Virus record (IMG/VR): IMGVR_UViG_3300046170_000299
Length of the DNA stretch: 64,000 nt
Source of the DNA: a virus
Direction: 5' to 3' (one strand)
A program made the translations under genes and the position numbers. Shown here in pieces: positions 54,226-63,600 of this stretch; position 1 is the stretch's first letter, and each line of letters starts with the position of its first letter. The notes beneath the pieces were generated by a model. It saw nothing but the letters and a program-made list of their open reading frames with translations. It was not told the origin of the DNA and did no database searches.

Positions 54226-54594
54226 ATGAGCGTTACATCACAACTAGAGAAAGCAGAAGAAGCTATCCGTCAGGCATTGATCAACGCTCTTGCAGAGGGC
54301 GAAGATGAATACCTTTCTGAACTGTTTGATTCACTTAATTCAGTTCGAGACCTGAGGACAAAGATCAACAACACCATTCGTTTCAGTGATAATACTGACG
54401 ACTTTTATGACCGATTGAATGATCCTAATTATTCTTTCAACTTGTCATCTCCTTATTTGAGCAGTCTGAAGATTGGAAAAGATTTGGATGCTTTGGATAA
54501 TCTTGACTTTGGTGCAGCAGCAGGTCCAGTCTATGGTTCTGCAAGCGAAGACGTAATTTCTTTTGAAGATTACAAGTCCCGAGATGACTCATAA
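54226..54594 (+). CDS. hypothetical protein
   Basis: MSVTSQLEKAEEAIRQALINALAEGED. Confidence 0.7.
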   Translation: MSVTSQLEKAEEAIRQALINALAEGEDEYLSELFDSLNSVRDLRTKINNTIRFSDNTDDFYDRLNDPNYSFNLSSPYLSSLKIGKDLDALDNLDFGAAAGPVYGSASEDVISFEDYKSRDDS

Positions 54595-54596
54595 AC

Positions 54597-54735
54597 TCGC
54601 TCTGGTGCGGATGGGAAACTCTCCTGCCTGGTTTTTTATTTCCAGTTAAAGAATAAATGGTGGATCCAAATTGACCCCTTCCGTGTGGATGATTTCCTGT
54701 TTTGCATCTAAACTAAAACAGGTGGCGTGCATGGT
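54597..54735 (+). ncRNA. structured RNA, wcaG/manA-class cyanophage motif candidate
   Basis: Three TGGYG words and two tandem H-type pseudoknot units with compensatory changes. The family name is from recall only. Confidence 0.65.
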
Positions 54736-54741
54736 AGACCT

Positions 54742-55326
54742 ATGAGCAAAGTTCTTAATTATTATTACTTACCTACTGCAGTAGATACTTCTGTTAGTGA
54801 GGTAATTGTTAAACAATTATCTAAACTAAAGTTAGAAGAAGCAGAACTTCGACTATCTCCTACAAAAGTTAATTCAGATGGTAAAAGTGATAAAAAAATT
54901 AGGGACTGCCTGACCCAAGGCATCCCTGCAGATCATTGGGTATCAGGAATGCTCTCACACTTTGTCAATTGTGCCAATACTAATCTGTTTCATTTTGATT
55001 TGTATAACTGGGCGAGCTTTATTCACCTATGTGTATATAATAAAAAAGGATCGCATTATGATTGGCACACTGACCTTGCTTCTGCACTGTACACAGAACC
55101 AAAAAATCATATACGAAAATTAAGTATTAGTATGTGTCTATCATCTAAGAATGATTATGATGGTGGTGAATTCCAACTGTATGTTGGTAGAAAAATGTTT
55201 AGTTTTAAAATGGATCGTGGTGATGCCATTATATTTCCCTCAGATTGTATGCATAGAGTTAGACGAATTAACTCTGGCAGTAGAAAATCATTAGTTGGGT
55301 GGTACGGCGGTCCTCCATTTAGATAA
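54742..55326 (+). CDS. 2OG-Fe(II) oxygenase (PKHD/prolyl-hydroxylase type)
   Basis: YDWHTD, RKLSIS, YDGGEF, IFPS..MHRV, RKSLVGW. Confidence 0.88.
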   Translation: MSKVLNYYYLPTAVDTSVSEVIVKQLSKLKLEEAELRLSPTKVNSDGKSDKKIRDCLTQGIPADHWVSGMLSHFVNCANTNLFHFDLYNWASFIHLCVYNKKGSHYDWHTDLASALYTEPKNHIRKLSISMCLSSKNDYDGGEFQLYVGRKMFSFKMDRGDAIIFPSDCMHRVRRINSGSRKSLVGWYGGPPFR

Positions 55327-55368
55327 ATACTTCTAGCTTAGTGTAACTGTCTTCAGGACTGGAAGTAT
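55324..55368 (+). promoter_or_regulatory. late promoter plus hairpin covering the start of the fibre gene
   Basis: TAAATA at 55324; ATACTTCTAG (55327-55336) pairs with CTGGAAGTAT (55359-55368), which includes the A-T of the ATG. Confidence 0.55.
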
Positions 55369-57325
55369 GTCAAAAATTCTTGCAAATGAAATCGCCAATT
55401 ATGGTGATAATGCGCCTATAGATCTTAAGGAAGGTCTTAATATTCCTGCTGGTAAACCCATCCAAGCAGCAGGTAGTGCAGGAAGTTCGGGACAAATCCT
55501 CAGCACAACTGGATCTTCTATCGCTTGGGTAACACCTTTTGATGGAAGTTATAATAGTCTAACTAACAGACCTAGTATTCCTGCAGCACAGGTAAACTCA
55601 GATTGGAATGCTAGTGGTGGTGTTGCAGTTATTCTTAACAAACCCTCTGTTCCTCCACTACCTAGTGTAATTACAGCAGCTGCTTCTAGTGGTGGTGCTC
55701 TTGCTTATAACTCTGGCAATGGACAGTTTACATTTACACCACCAGATCTTTCTAACTATGACACAGCATATGGTTGGGGAAATCATGCGTCAGCAGGATA
55801 TCTAACTTCACTTGGTGATGCTGCTGGTGTTACTACATCTAAGATTACCAATTGGGACGCAGCATATAGTTGGGGTAATCATGCATCTGCGGGATACTTA
55901 ACATCTTATCTTGAGAGTGACACACTTGATAGTGTTCTTGAAAGAGGTTCAACAACTACCAGAAATATTACTACTACTGGTAAAATACTATACGCTAACA
56001 ACTATGATAACCTAGGAGATCTTCCTGGTGCATCTACTTATCATGGTATGTTTGCACATGTACACGGTACAGGTAAAGGATACTTTGCACATGCTGGTGC
56101 TTGGACTGAATTGCTAGATATCAATTCTTCCATGGCAGATCTTGGAGATGTTGACCTTACCGTTGCACCTACTGATGGTCAGGTTCTTAAGTGGGAACAA
56201 TCTTCTGGTTCATGGAAAGCAGCTAATGATCTTACTGGTGGAGGTGGAGGTGGTCTAGCACTAACAGATCTTTCTGCTTCAAATGCAACTGCATCTGGTG
56301 GTGGATCTCTTTCTTATAACTCTGGTAGTGGTGCATTTACTTTCACACCACCTGATCTCTCTAGCTATCTAACAACAGAAACTGATCCTGTATTCTCTGC
56401 ATCAGATGCAGCAGCAGTAACTTCTGCACAAATTGCTAATTGGAACTCTGCATATTCATGGGGTAATCATGGATCACAAGGTTACCTAGTTGGATATGGT
56501 GCAGTTTCTAATCACAGTGATGTTGCTATCACTGGAGCATCTAATGGTCAACTACTACAATATAATGGTAGTAACTGGGTAAACACCACACCAAACTATC
56601 TAACTTCTTTCACTGAAACTGACACACTTGATAGTGTTCTTGCAAGAGGAAGTGACAGTGTAAGGGACTTGCATTTAACTGAAGGTGGAGAACTAAGACT
56701 TGGATCTGTTGTCTCTGGTGGTTATGGTCAGATCTGGTTAGCTTCTAACACAATGTATGTTAGAAATATTAATAACACTGGTGCTGGTGGAGATATTTAC
56801 TATGCTAGTAGATCAGGACATCATTTCTATAGTGGTGGTACTGCTGGTGGTAATAATTGTCTGAGTTTGACTGGTAGTGGAGTTTGTACTCTTAAGTATC
56901 TTGGATCTGATAGATTAACAACTACCGCTGCTGGTGTTACTATTGGTGGTACTGTTACTGCAACTTCATTCATCAAGTCTGGTGGTACATCATCTGAGTA
57001 TTTGATGGCAGATGGATCTGTCACTACTGGTGGTGGAGGAAGTGGAGCTAGTGTAACTATCTCAGACACACCACCTGCTGCATCTGCTGGTGATCTATGG
57101 TGGGAAAGTGATACTGGTCGCCTCAAGATTTATTATCAGGATACTGATACGACGCAATGGGTTGACACTAATCCACCACTAACTCAAGATAGAATTGCAT
57201 CTTCATCTGCTCCATCTTCTGCTACAGATACTGGAACTCCTGGTGACATTAGATATGATTCTGGTTATGTTTACATCTGCATCTCTAATAATACTTGGAA
57301 GAGAGCAGCACTTACAACATGGTAA
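55367..57325 (+). CDS. repeat-rich fibre/virion structural protein
   Basis: G/S/T/A-rich; three WGNH.S.GYL repeats, two ETDTLDSVL.RGS repeats, FTFTPPDLS; C-terminal GDIRYDSGYVYIC...WKRAAL. Confidence 0.8.
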   Translation: MSKILANEIANYGDNAPIDLKEGLNIPAGKPIQAAGSAGSSGQILSTTGSSIAWVTPFDGSYNSLTNRPSIPAAQVNSDWNASGGVAVILNKPSVPPLPSVITAAASSGGALAYNSGNGQFTFTPPDLSNYDTAYGWGNHASAGYLTSLGDAAGVTTSKITNWDAAYSWGNHASAGYLTSYLESDTLDSVLERGSTTTRNITTTGKILYANNYDNLGDLPGASTYHGMFAHVHGTGKGYFAHAGAWTELLDINSSMADLGDVDLTVAPTDGQVLKWEQSSGSWKAANDLTGGGGGGLALTDLSASNATASGGGSLSYNSGSGAFTFTPPDLSSYLTTETDPVFSASDAAAVTSAQIANWNSAYSWGNHGSQGYLVGYGAVSNHSDVAITGASNGQLLQYNGSNWVNTTPNYLTSFTETDTLDSVLARGSDSVRDLHLTEGGELRLGSVVSGGYGQIWLASNTMYVRNINNTGAGGDIYYASRSGHHFYSGGTAGGNNCLSLTGSGVCTLKYLGSDRLTTTAAGVTIGGTVTATSFIKSGGTSSEYLMADGSVTTGGGGSGASVTISDTPPAASAGDLWWESDTGRLKIYYQDTDTTQWVDTNPPLTQDRIASSSAPSSATDTGTPGDIRYDSGYVYICISNNTWKRAALTTW

Positions 57326-57357
57326 TTCTAAATAATACGGAAGGAGCATACTAAGCA

Positions 57358-58413
57358 ATGGCAATTAATTTTCCCTCAACAGCAGGGCAGGCAACTGACG
57401 GTTCGTATACTTATACAGTAGCGGGTATTGTATACGCATGGAATGGATCATCGTGGGAAGCAGCAGGCGCTGGCGCTAGTGCAACTGACAGAACTTTGTT
57501 TAGTGTCACTCAAAATGCTGTTGGAACTGCAGCTCTTTCTTATACTAGTGGCACTGGTGTTTTTAGTTACACTCCTCCTGATCTTTCTGGTTACCTAACA
57601 GCAGAGGCAGATACTATTGATACGGTAACTGGTAGGGGTGCTTCTACTTCAAATAGTATTTTCTTAGGGGATAATACCAAACTAGGTCTTGGTTCTAATG
57701 GTGCTCGTGGCAATGTTGAATTATATTTTGATTCAACAAACACTAGACTTACTTTTGAAGACGTTTCTGGATGTGAATTTAGATTTGAAAATAATATTGG
57801 TGGTAATGCTACTGCTTTCAACTTCCTCAAGAGTGGGAATCCTCTGGCACAAATGTCAGCATCAAGTGTTAGCTTATGGGCTGGTGGAACTCAAAGATTG
57901 GAGACAACATCATCTGGTGTAACACTTACTGGTGCTCTTACTGCTGGTGGTCTCACTTATCCAACTAGCAATGGAACTAATGGACAAGTCTTGACGAGTG
58001 ATGGAGCGGGTGGCGTAACATGGACTGCTGGTGGATTGCAATCAAGAACTACAGCATCTGTAACACAATCGATTGCTAATGCAGGTTCTTCTGATGTTTC
58101 TATTACAACACCTTCGGGTTATGCATTACTTTCTATCGCAACATCACATGCTGCATGGGTAACTCTTTATAGTGATACTACTAGCAGAACAAATGATTCT
58201 ACTAGAGCTATTACTAATGATCCTTTACCAGGATCAGGAGTTCTTGCAGAGGTAATTACAACTGGTAATACTACTCAATTGATTACACCAGGAGTTATTT
58301 GTTTTAACTCTGGTGGTGCTGGTCAGAATACTACTTACGCAAAGATTGTAAACCGAAGTGGTTCTACTAATAACATACAGGTAACCCTTACGTACATCAC
58401 AATCGAGGCTTGA
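57358..58413 (+). CDS. fibre/virion structural protein
   Basis: MAINFP, YPTSNGTNGQVLTSDG, SYTPPDLSGYL; TAAATA at 57329. Confidence 0.78.
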   Translation: MAINFPSTAGQATDGSYTYTVAGIVYAWNGSSWEAAGAGASATDRTLFSVTQNAVGTAALSYTSGTGVFSYTPPDLSGYLTAEADTIDTVTGRGASTSNSIFLGDNTKLGLGSNGARGNVELYFDSTNTRLTFEDVSGCEFRFENNIGGNATAFNFLKSGNPLAQMSASSVSLWAGGTQRLETTSSGVTLTGALTAGGLTYPTSNGTNGQVLTSDGAGGVTWTAGGLQSRTTASVTQSIANAGSSDVSITTPSGYALLSIATSHAAWVTLYSDTTSRTNDSTRAITNDPLPGSGVLAEVITTGNTTQLITPGVICFNSGGAGQNTTYAKIVNRSGSTNNIQVTLTYITIEA

Positions 58414-58414
58414 T

Positions 58415-60604
58415 ATGTCGGAAAAAATCTACATCGTCACTCTTCATAAGAGAGAAGACTTAGAAGGTTTCTATTCAGAGATGGTAGAGAATGGTTTTCG
58501 TCTAAACATGAAGCGTCCAATGAGTAGATGCACTCATTATTGGATGACTTCCGAACAAGCAGAAGAATTAAAAAAAGATCCTAGAGTCTGGGATGTAGAA
58601 TTGAATCCTGATGATGCTGGATATGAGATGGTTCGTCATTCGTATCCCACTAGTTTAAATCATTCTACTATTCAATTAACAGGTCAATATTGGAAAGATG
58701 ATACTATTGCACCTGTTACAATTGATCCATCTGTAGATACCAACTGGGGACTATATCATCATGCTGGCGTATATGGTATTGGATTTCCTACTAGAGATAA
58801 GAATAATTTTGGAGCAGGTGCGACAGAAAAAATTGGAGATGATATTATCTGGCACAATGATGGTTCTGAAGTTGATGTAGTTATCTGTGATGATCCCGTG
58901 TCTAGTGATTGTGGTGAGTGGTTGAATAGAGTTAATAGACAACCACTACAAGGAGCAGGAACTACAAATAGATTTGTAGAATACCAATGGTTTAATAATC
59001 TTAATGCTGCAGTAGGATCTATTGATGATGACGGACAGACACTACCTACTGGATCTGTAACTTACTATACTAATGGAACAAATACTGTTGAACATGGTAC
59101 ACACGTTGCTGGAACAGTAGCTGGTGGTAACTATGGGTGGGCGTCAGCAGCAAACATATATGGTCTACAAGTTCTTGGAACAATGCCTTCGGGTCAATCT
59201 GTACCAGGATTATTAATTTTTGATTACCTCAGAGCATTTCATAGTGGTAAAGCAATTGATGATAACCTAGGAATTAGAAGACCTACTATCACTAATCATA
59301 GTTGGGGATATGGAATCGCTGCTAATAGTGAAACATTCCCAAACGGTTTTAGTATTGCTGACATCATTGAAATCCAATACCAAGGTGCGATTTATAACTC
59401 ATCTAATCCAGGACCATCTGGTTGGAACATATACGGTATTGAAGTTGATTTTGGTATTGGACAATATAAAACAAAATTTCCTGTACACTACACCTCAATC
59501 AATGCAGACGTTGAGGATGCTATTAAAGATGGAGTTGTCATTATTTCAGCTGCAGGTAATGATAATTTTAATGTTGTTCGTGATGGTGAAGCAGATTGGA
59601 ATAACTATGTCAGAATTAGTGGAGTGAATGGTGGTAGTCAATTATATTACAATAGAGGTTCATCTCCAGCATCATCTCCCAACGCTATTTCTGTTGGTGC
59701 AGTAAGTAAGTATGCAAATCAGAGGAGAGCTAGTTTTTCTAACTATGGAACTGGTGTAGATATCTTCGCTGCTGGACAGAATATTCTTTCTTGCTGGCCA
59801 AACCCTGCTACAATTACTGGTGACTATGCAGGTATTGGATTAGTTGATGTAAAATATAGTCAAGGAACTGGTGACTGGATGTATCCTATCAGTGGTACTA
59901 GCATGGCAAGTCCACAAGTTGCTGGTATCATAGCGTGTGCTGCTACAGGAAAGAATAGATTTACTCAAGAAGATGCTTTTGGTGTTATTGAAAGAGGTCA
60001 TCAAGAAAACTTAATGACTTTTGACACGGGTATTGGTGGTGGATCTATTGCTCTTACATATGATGTAACAGTTACATCACCAAGTTCTGCTTACTATACT
60101 CTTAACGGTCAAACTAGAGATGGAACTATTAGTGGTAACGATATTACTGTTAGGATTTTTGTAGGTGATACAATTAACTTTAATTTGAGTGGAGTTGGTA
60201 GTATTCACCCATTCAAAGTGAGACAGTCTCCTGGCGGAGCGGATGTAAATAATCCTACTATTCCTAACAATGGAGCTACGGGAACAACAACTGTTGCTTG
60301 GACTCCTGCAGCAGCAGGAACTTACTACTATCAATGTAGTGTTCATGCTAGTATGCTTGGTATTATTCAGGTAGATGATTTCTCCACTCCACCGCCAGGA
60401 TCATTTGTTGATGATTCATGTGCAGCAGGCACATTAAATAATACTATTGAGTATAAATTTACTAGGTGGCAGGGCACAGGTGACTGGTCAGGTGGTGGTA
60501 TCGCTGGAGTAGCTGATGATTTTAAGGGTAGAAGAAAACTAAATCAAAACTCATTAGCATACCCACGTAGGAACACTTTATTCCAACCTGCAGTTGGACC
60601 TTAA
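58415..60604 (+). CDS. S8 subtilisin-like serine protease with propeptide and cupredoxin-like domain
   Basis: Triad VDVVICD, HGTHVAG, GTSMASPQVAG; oxyanion AAGND; HPF...YYYQCSVHASM. Confidence 0.88.
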   Translation: MSEKIYIVTLHKREDLEGFYSEMVENGFRLNMKRPMSRCTHYWMTSEQAEELKKDPRVWDVELNPDDAGYEMVRHSYPTSLNHSTIQLTGQYWKDDTIAPVTIDPSVDTNWGLYHHAGVYGIGFPTRDKNNFGAGATEKIGDDIIWHNDGSEVDVVICDDPVSSDCGEWLNRVNRQPLQGAGTTNRFVEYQWFNNLNAAVGSIDDDGQTLPTGSVTYYTNGTNTVEHGTHVAGTVAGGNYGWASAANIYGLQVLGTMPSGQSVPGLLIFDYLRAFHSGKAIDDNLGIRRPTITNHSWGYGIAANSETFPNGFSIADIIEIQYQGAIYNSSNPGPSGWNIYGIEVDFGIGQYKTKFPVHYTSINADVEDAIKDGVVIISAAGNDNFNVVRDGEADWNNYVRISGVNGGSQLYYNRGSSPASSPNAISVGAVSKYANQRRASFSNYGTGVDIFAAGQNILSCWPNPATITGDYAGIGLVDVKYSQGTGDWMYPISGTSMASPQVAGIIACAATGKNRFTQEDAFGVIERGHQENLMTFDTGIGGGSIALTYDVTVTSPSSAYYTLNGQTRDGTISGNDITVRIFVGDTINFNLSGVGSIHPFKVRQSPGGADVNNPTIPNNGATGTTTVAWTPAAAGTYYYQCSVHASMLGIIQVDDFSTPPPGSFVDDSCAAGTLNNTIEYKFTRWQGTGDWSGGGIAGVADDFKGRRKLNQNSLAYPRRNTLFQPAVGP

Positions 60605-60652
60605 AGGATAAGACATAAATAAACCTGAGCACTAGTATTTGTTGGTAGTTAA

Positions 60653-63600
60653 ATGGCTGACCGCTTTCCGTTAATTGTAAATCCAGTTTCACAAAAGATT
60701 GAAGAACTGATTTCTGGAGATAATTTAGACCTTACAGGTAACAATTTTGTTATCAGTGGAGACACTGGTAACGGTAAATATCTGACGAGTGATGGAACGT
60801 CAGTTTTCTGGGGAACGCCAGGTAATGTATACCTCACACAAACACAAACTCTCACAAATAAATCATTTGAAGGTTGTACTATTGTTGGTACGCTCAACAC
60901 ATTAACCAACATACCAAACAACTCATTAATCAACTCACAGATTACTGTAAACGGAACCGCTATTGCTCTAGGCGGAACAGTAACTACTCCAGACAACAAT
61001 ACTACCTACGCTATCTCTGCTCAAGATGGTTCTGGTGCTTCTCAAAAAATTCTTAGATTAACATCTGGTGGTAACGCTGGTGCAGGTGTTGATGATGATG
61101 TTATTCTTGCAGTTGGAGTTCCTTCATCTGTTCCCGCTGGTAACAAAGCACTTAGTTTATTCCTTGATAGAAGTGGTGAGGCTATCACAATTTCTGGTTA
61201 TCAAGAAGATGACAATACTGTAACTACACTACAATCTGCTACTGGTGGTACAGCACAGAGTGGTGATATTACTATTGCAGCTGCAGGATCCTCTATTATT
61301 TCTCAGGACGCAGCAACAAAAACAATTACAATTACGTCTAGTTATGTTGATACTATTACTAGACTGAGAGCAACTACTGGTCAGGTATTTGCTGACGCAG
61401 ATTTTACTTTCTTGGATGGTGGTGCAACCACAGTAACTCAAGGTGTTGATGGTAATGGTGATCCTACTATTACATATAGTTCTACTGATACTATCACTAG
61501 ACTCAAGGGTGGCGGCGCAGGATCATTCGTAACTGGTGATACAACAATTACTGGTGGTACAAATGTTACAGTATCACAAGCTGGTAACACTATCTCTGTT
61601 GCAAGTATAGACACAGATACTATTACCAAACTAGGTGCCAATAACGGAGTAGTTTCTTCTGGTGACTTCCAGTTCTCAGGTGCTGGAGCAACTAGTGTTA
61701 GCTCACAAACAGTTGCTGGTGTCACTACATTTACATTCACATCTGCTAACGATGATACAGGTGCTACGCTAACTGCTTCTGGTGGTGTAATTCTTTCTGG
61801 AGTAGATTTTAGAATTAAAAACTATAGTAATTTCAGTGGTAACACTGTAATGAAATGGGATGCAGGTAACCTACAGTTAACAGATACTTTAATTACTGAC
61901 AATGGATCTACAGTCACAATTAATGGAGACTTAGTTGTTGAGGGAACTCAAACAATTCTAAACACTTCTACTTTACAAGTGGAAGATAATGATATTGAAT
62001 TAAGAAAGGGTGTTAATCTTACTGGTGCTAATGGTGGTATCACTCTTAACAGGACATCCGATCCTTCAGGTAACATTACATCATATGTTTCTCTACAATG
62101 GAATGAGTCTTCTGGATACTGGAGATCGTGGGATGGTTCTGTAGAGAAGAGATTTGTTACTGAAGGTGAGACGCAAGTTCTAACTAACAAAACTCTTACA
62201 GCACCAACATTAACTGCACCTATTCTTGGAGCAGCTACAGCTACATCAATCAATGGACTTGAGATTGCTTCTACTGCATCTGCAACTTTAGATATTGCTA
62301 CAAGTAAAACTCTAGATGTTGATAGAGATCTTGTTCTTACATCTGATAACAGTACCTCTTCTATTAGTGTAAACTTCAGGCAAGGTGGTAACGTTGCATT
62401 TACATCAGATACTTTAGCATCGTTTGCATCAACAACATCCACACAGTTACGTGGTTTGATTACAGATACTACTGGTCTTGATAAGTTAGTATTCCAAACA
62501 AACCCAACAATCTTAACTGGTATTACAACAACATCACCTGGATTTAATTTATTAAATTCTGGTGTAACTAATCTAACCATGGCAGGTGCAGCTAGCATCA
62601 TTACAATTGGTGCTGCTGGTGGTACAACAACATTCAATCAAAGTGTAACTGTAAACGAAGACCTGACAGTAGGTGGTGCTTCAACTGATAATCTTTTATG
62701 TAATGCACAGTTTAACTCTGAAAATGCTGACCTGTTAATCAGAGGAACTGGTACTGATCCAATGAGAGTTGGACGTGGTGGTAGTGCTGTCAATACAAAC
62801 ACTGCAATGGGTGTAAGAACACTCAACAGCGTTACTTCTGGATCTCAAAATACTGGTTATGGATACGAAACATTATTCACAACAAATTCAGGTGCATCCA
62901 ATACAGCTTTTGGACACAGGGTTTTAAGAGCAAATGGTATCGGCGCAAACAATATTGGACTGGGTAAAGATGTACTACTGGTCAATACTGCTGGAAGTAG
63001 GAACATAGGTATTGGTAACAATGCATTAGAGCAAAACGTTGATGGAAATCACAACGTCTGTATTGGACACTATGCTGGTTTCGATGTTTTTGGTGACGGT
63101 AACGTTCTTATTGGTCCTGCATACAATGAAAACTCTGGTGATGTAACATTCCGTCCACCTAATATTAGTGGAGACAACCAACTTGTTATTGGTTCAGGTG
63201 GTCAAGCATGGGTTAGAGGTGATTCAAACTTCGATGTTACTTTCAATAATGATGTTACTGTTGACGTTGATCTAACAGTTAAAGGTAATTTAAATGTTCT
63301 AGGACAACAGACAATTACTCAATCTAATATTGTAAGAATTGCTGATAAAAATATTGAACTTGCATACGTTGTAAGTAGACAGTTTGTAGCTACTGCTGTT
63401 ACTGGCACTGCAAACATTACTGCAATCAACCCCACTGCAGGTTTGATTCCTGGTATGGAAGTTACAACTTCTACAAATGGATTTACAGTTCCACCAAACA
63501 CAACAATTGTTTCTATCACTGCTAACGCTGCTGTTCTTTCTAACAACATCACTGGTAGTGGACAGATTACATTAACTGCCATTGGTCCTTCTGATGCTGC

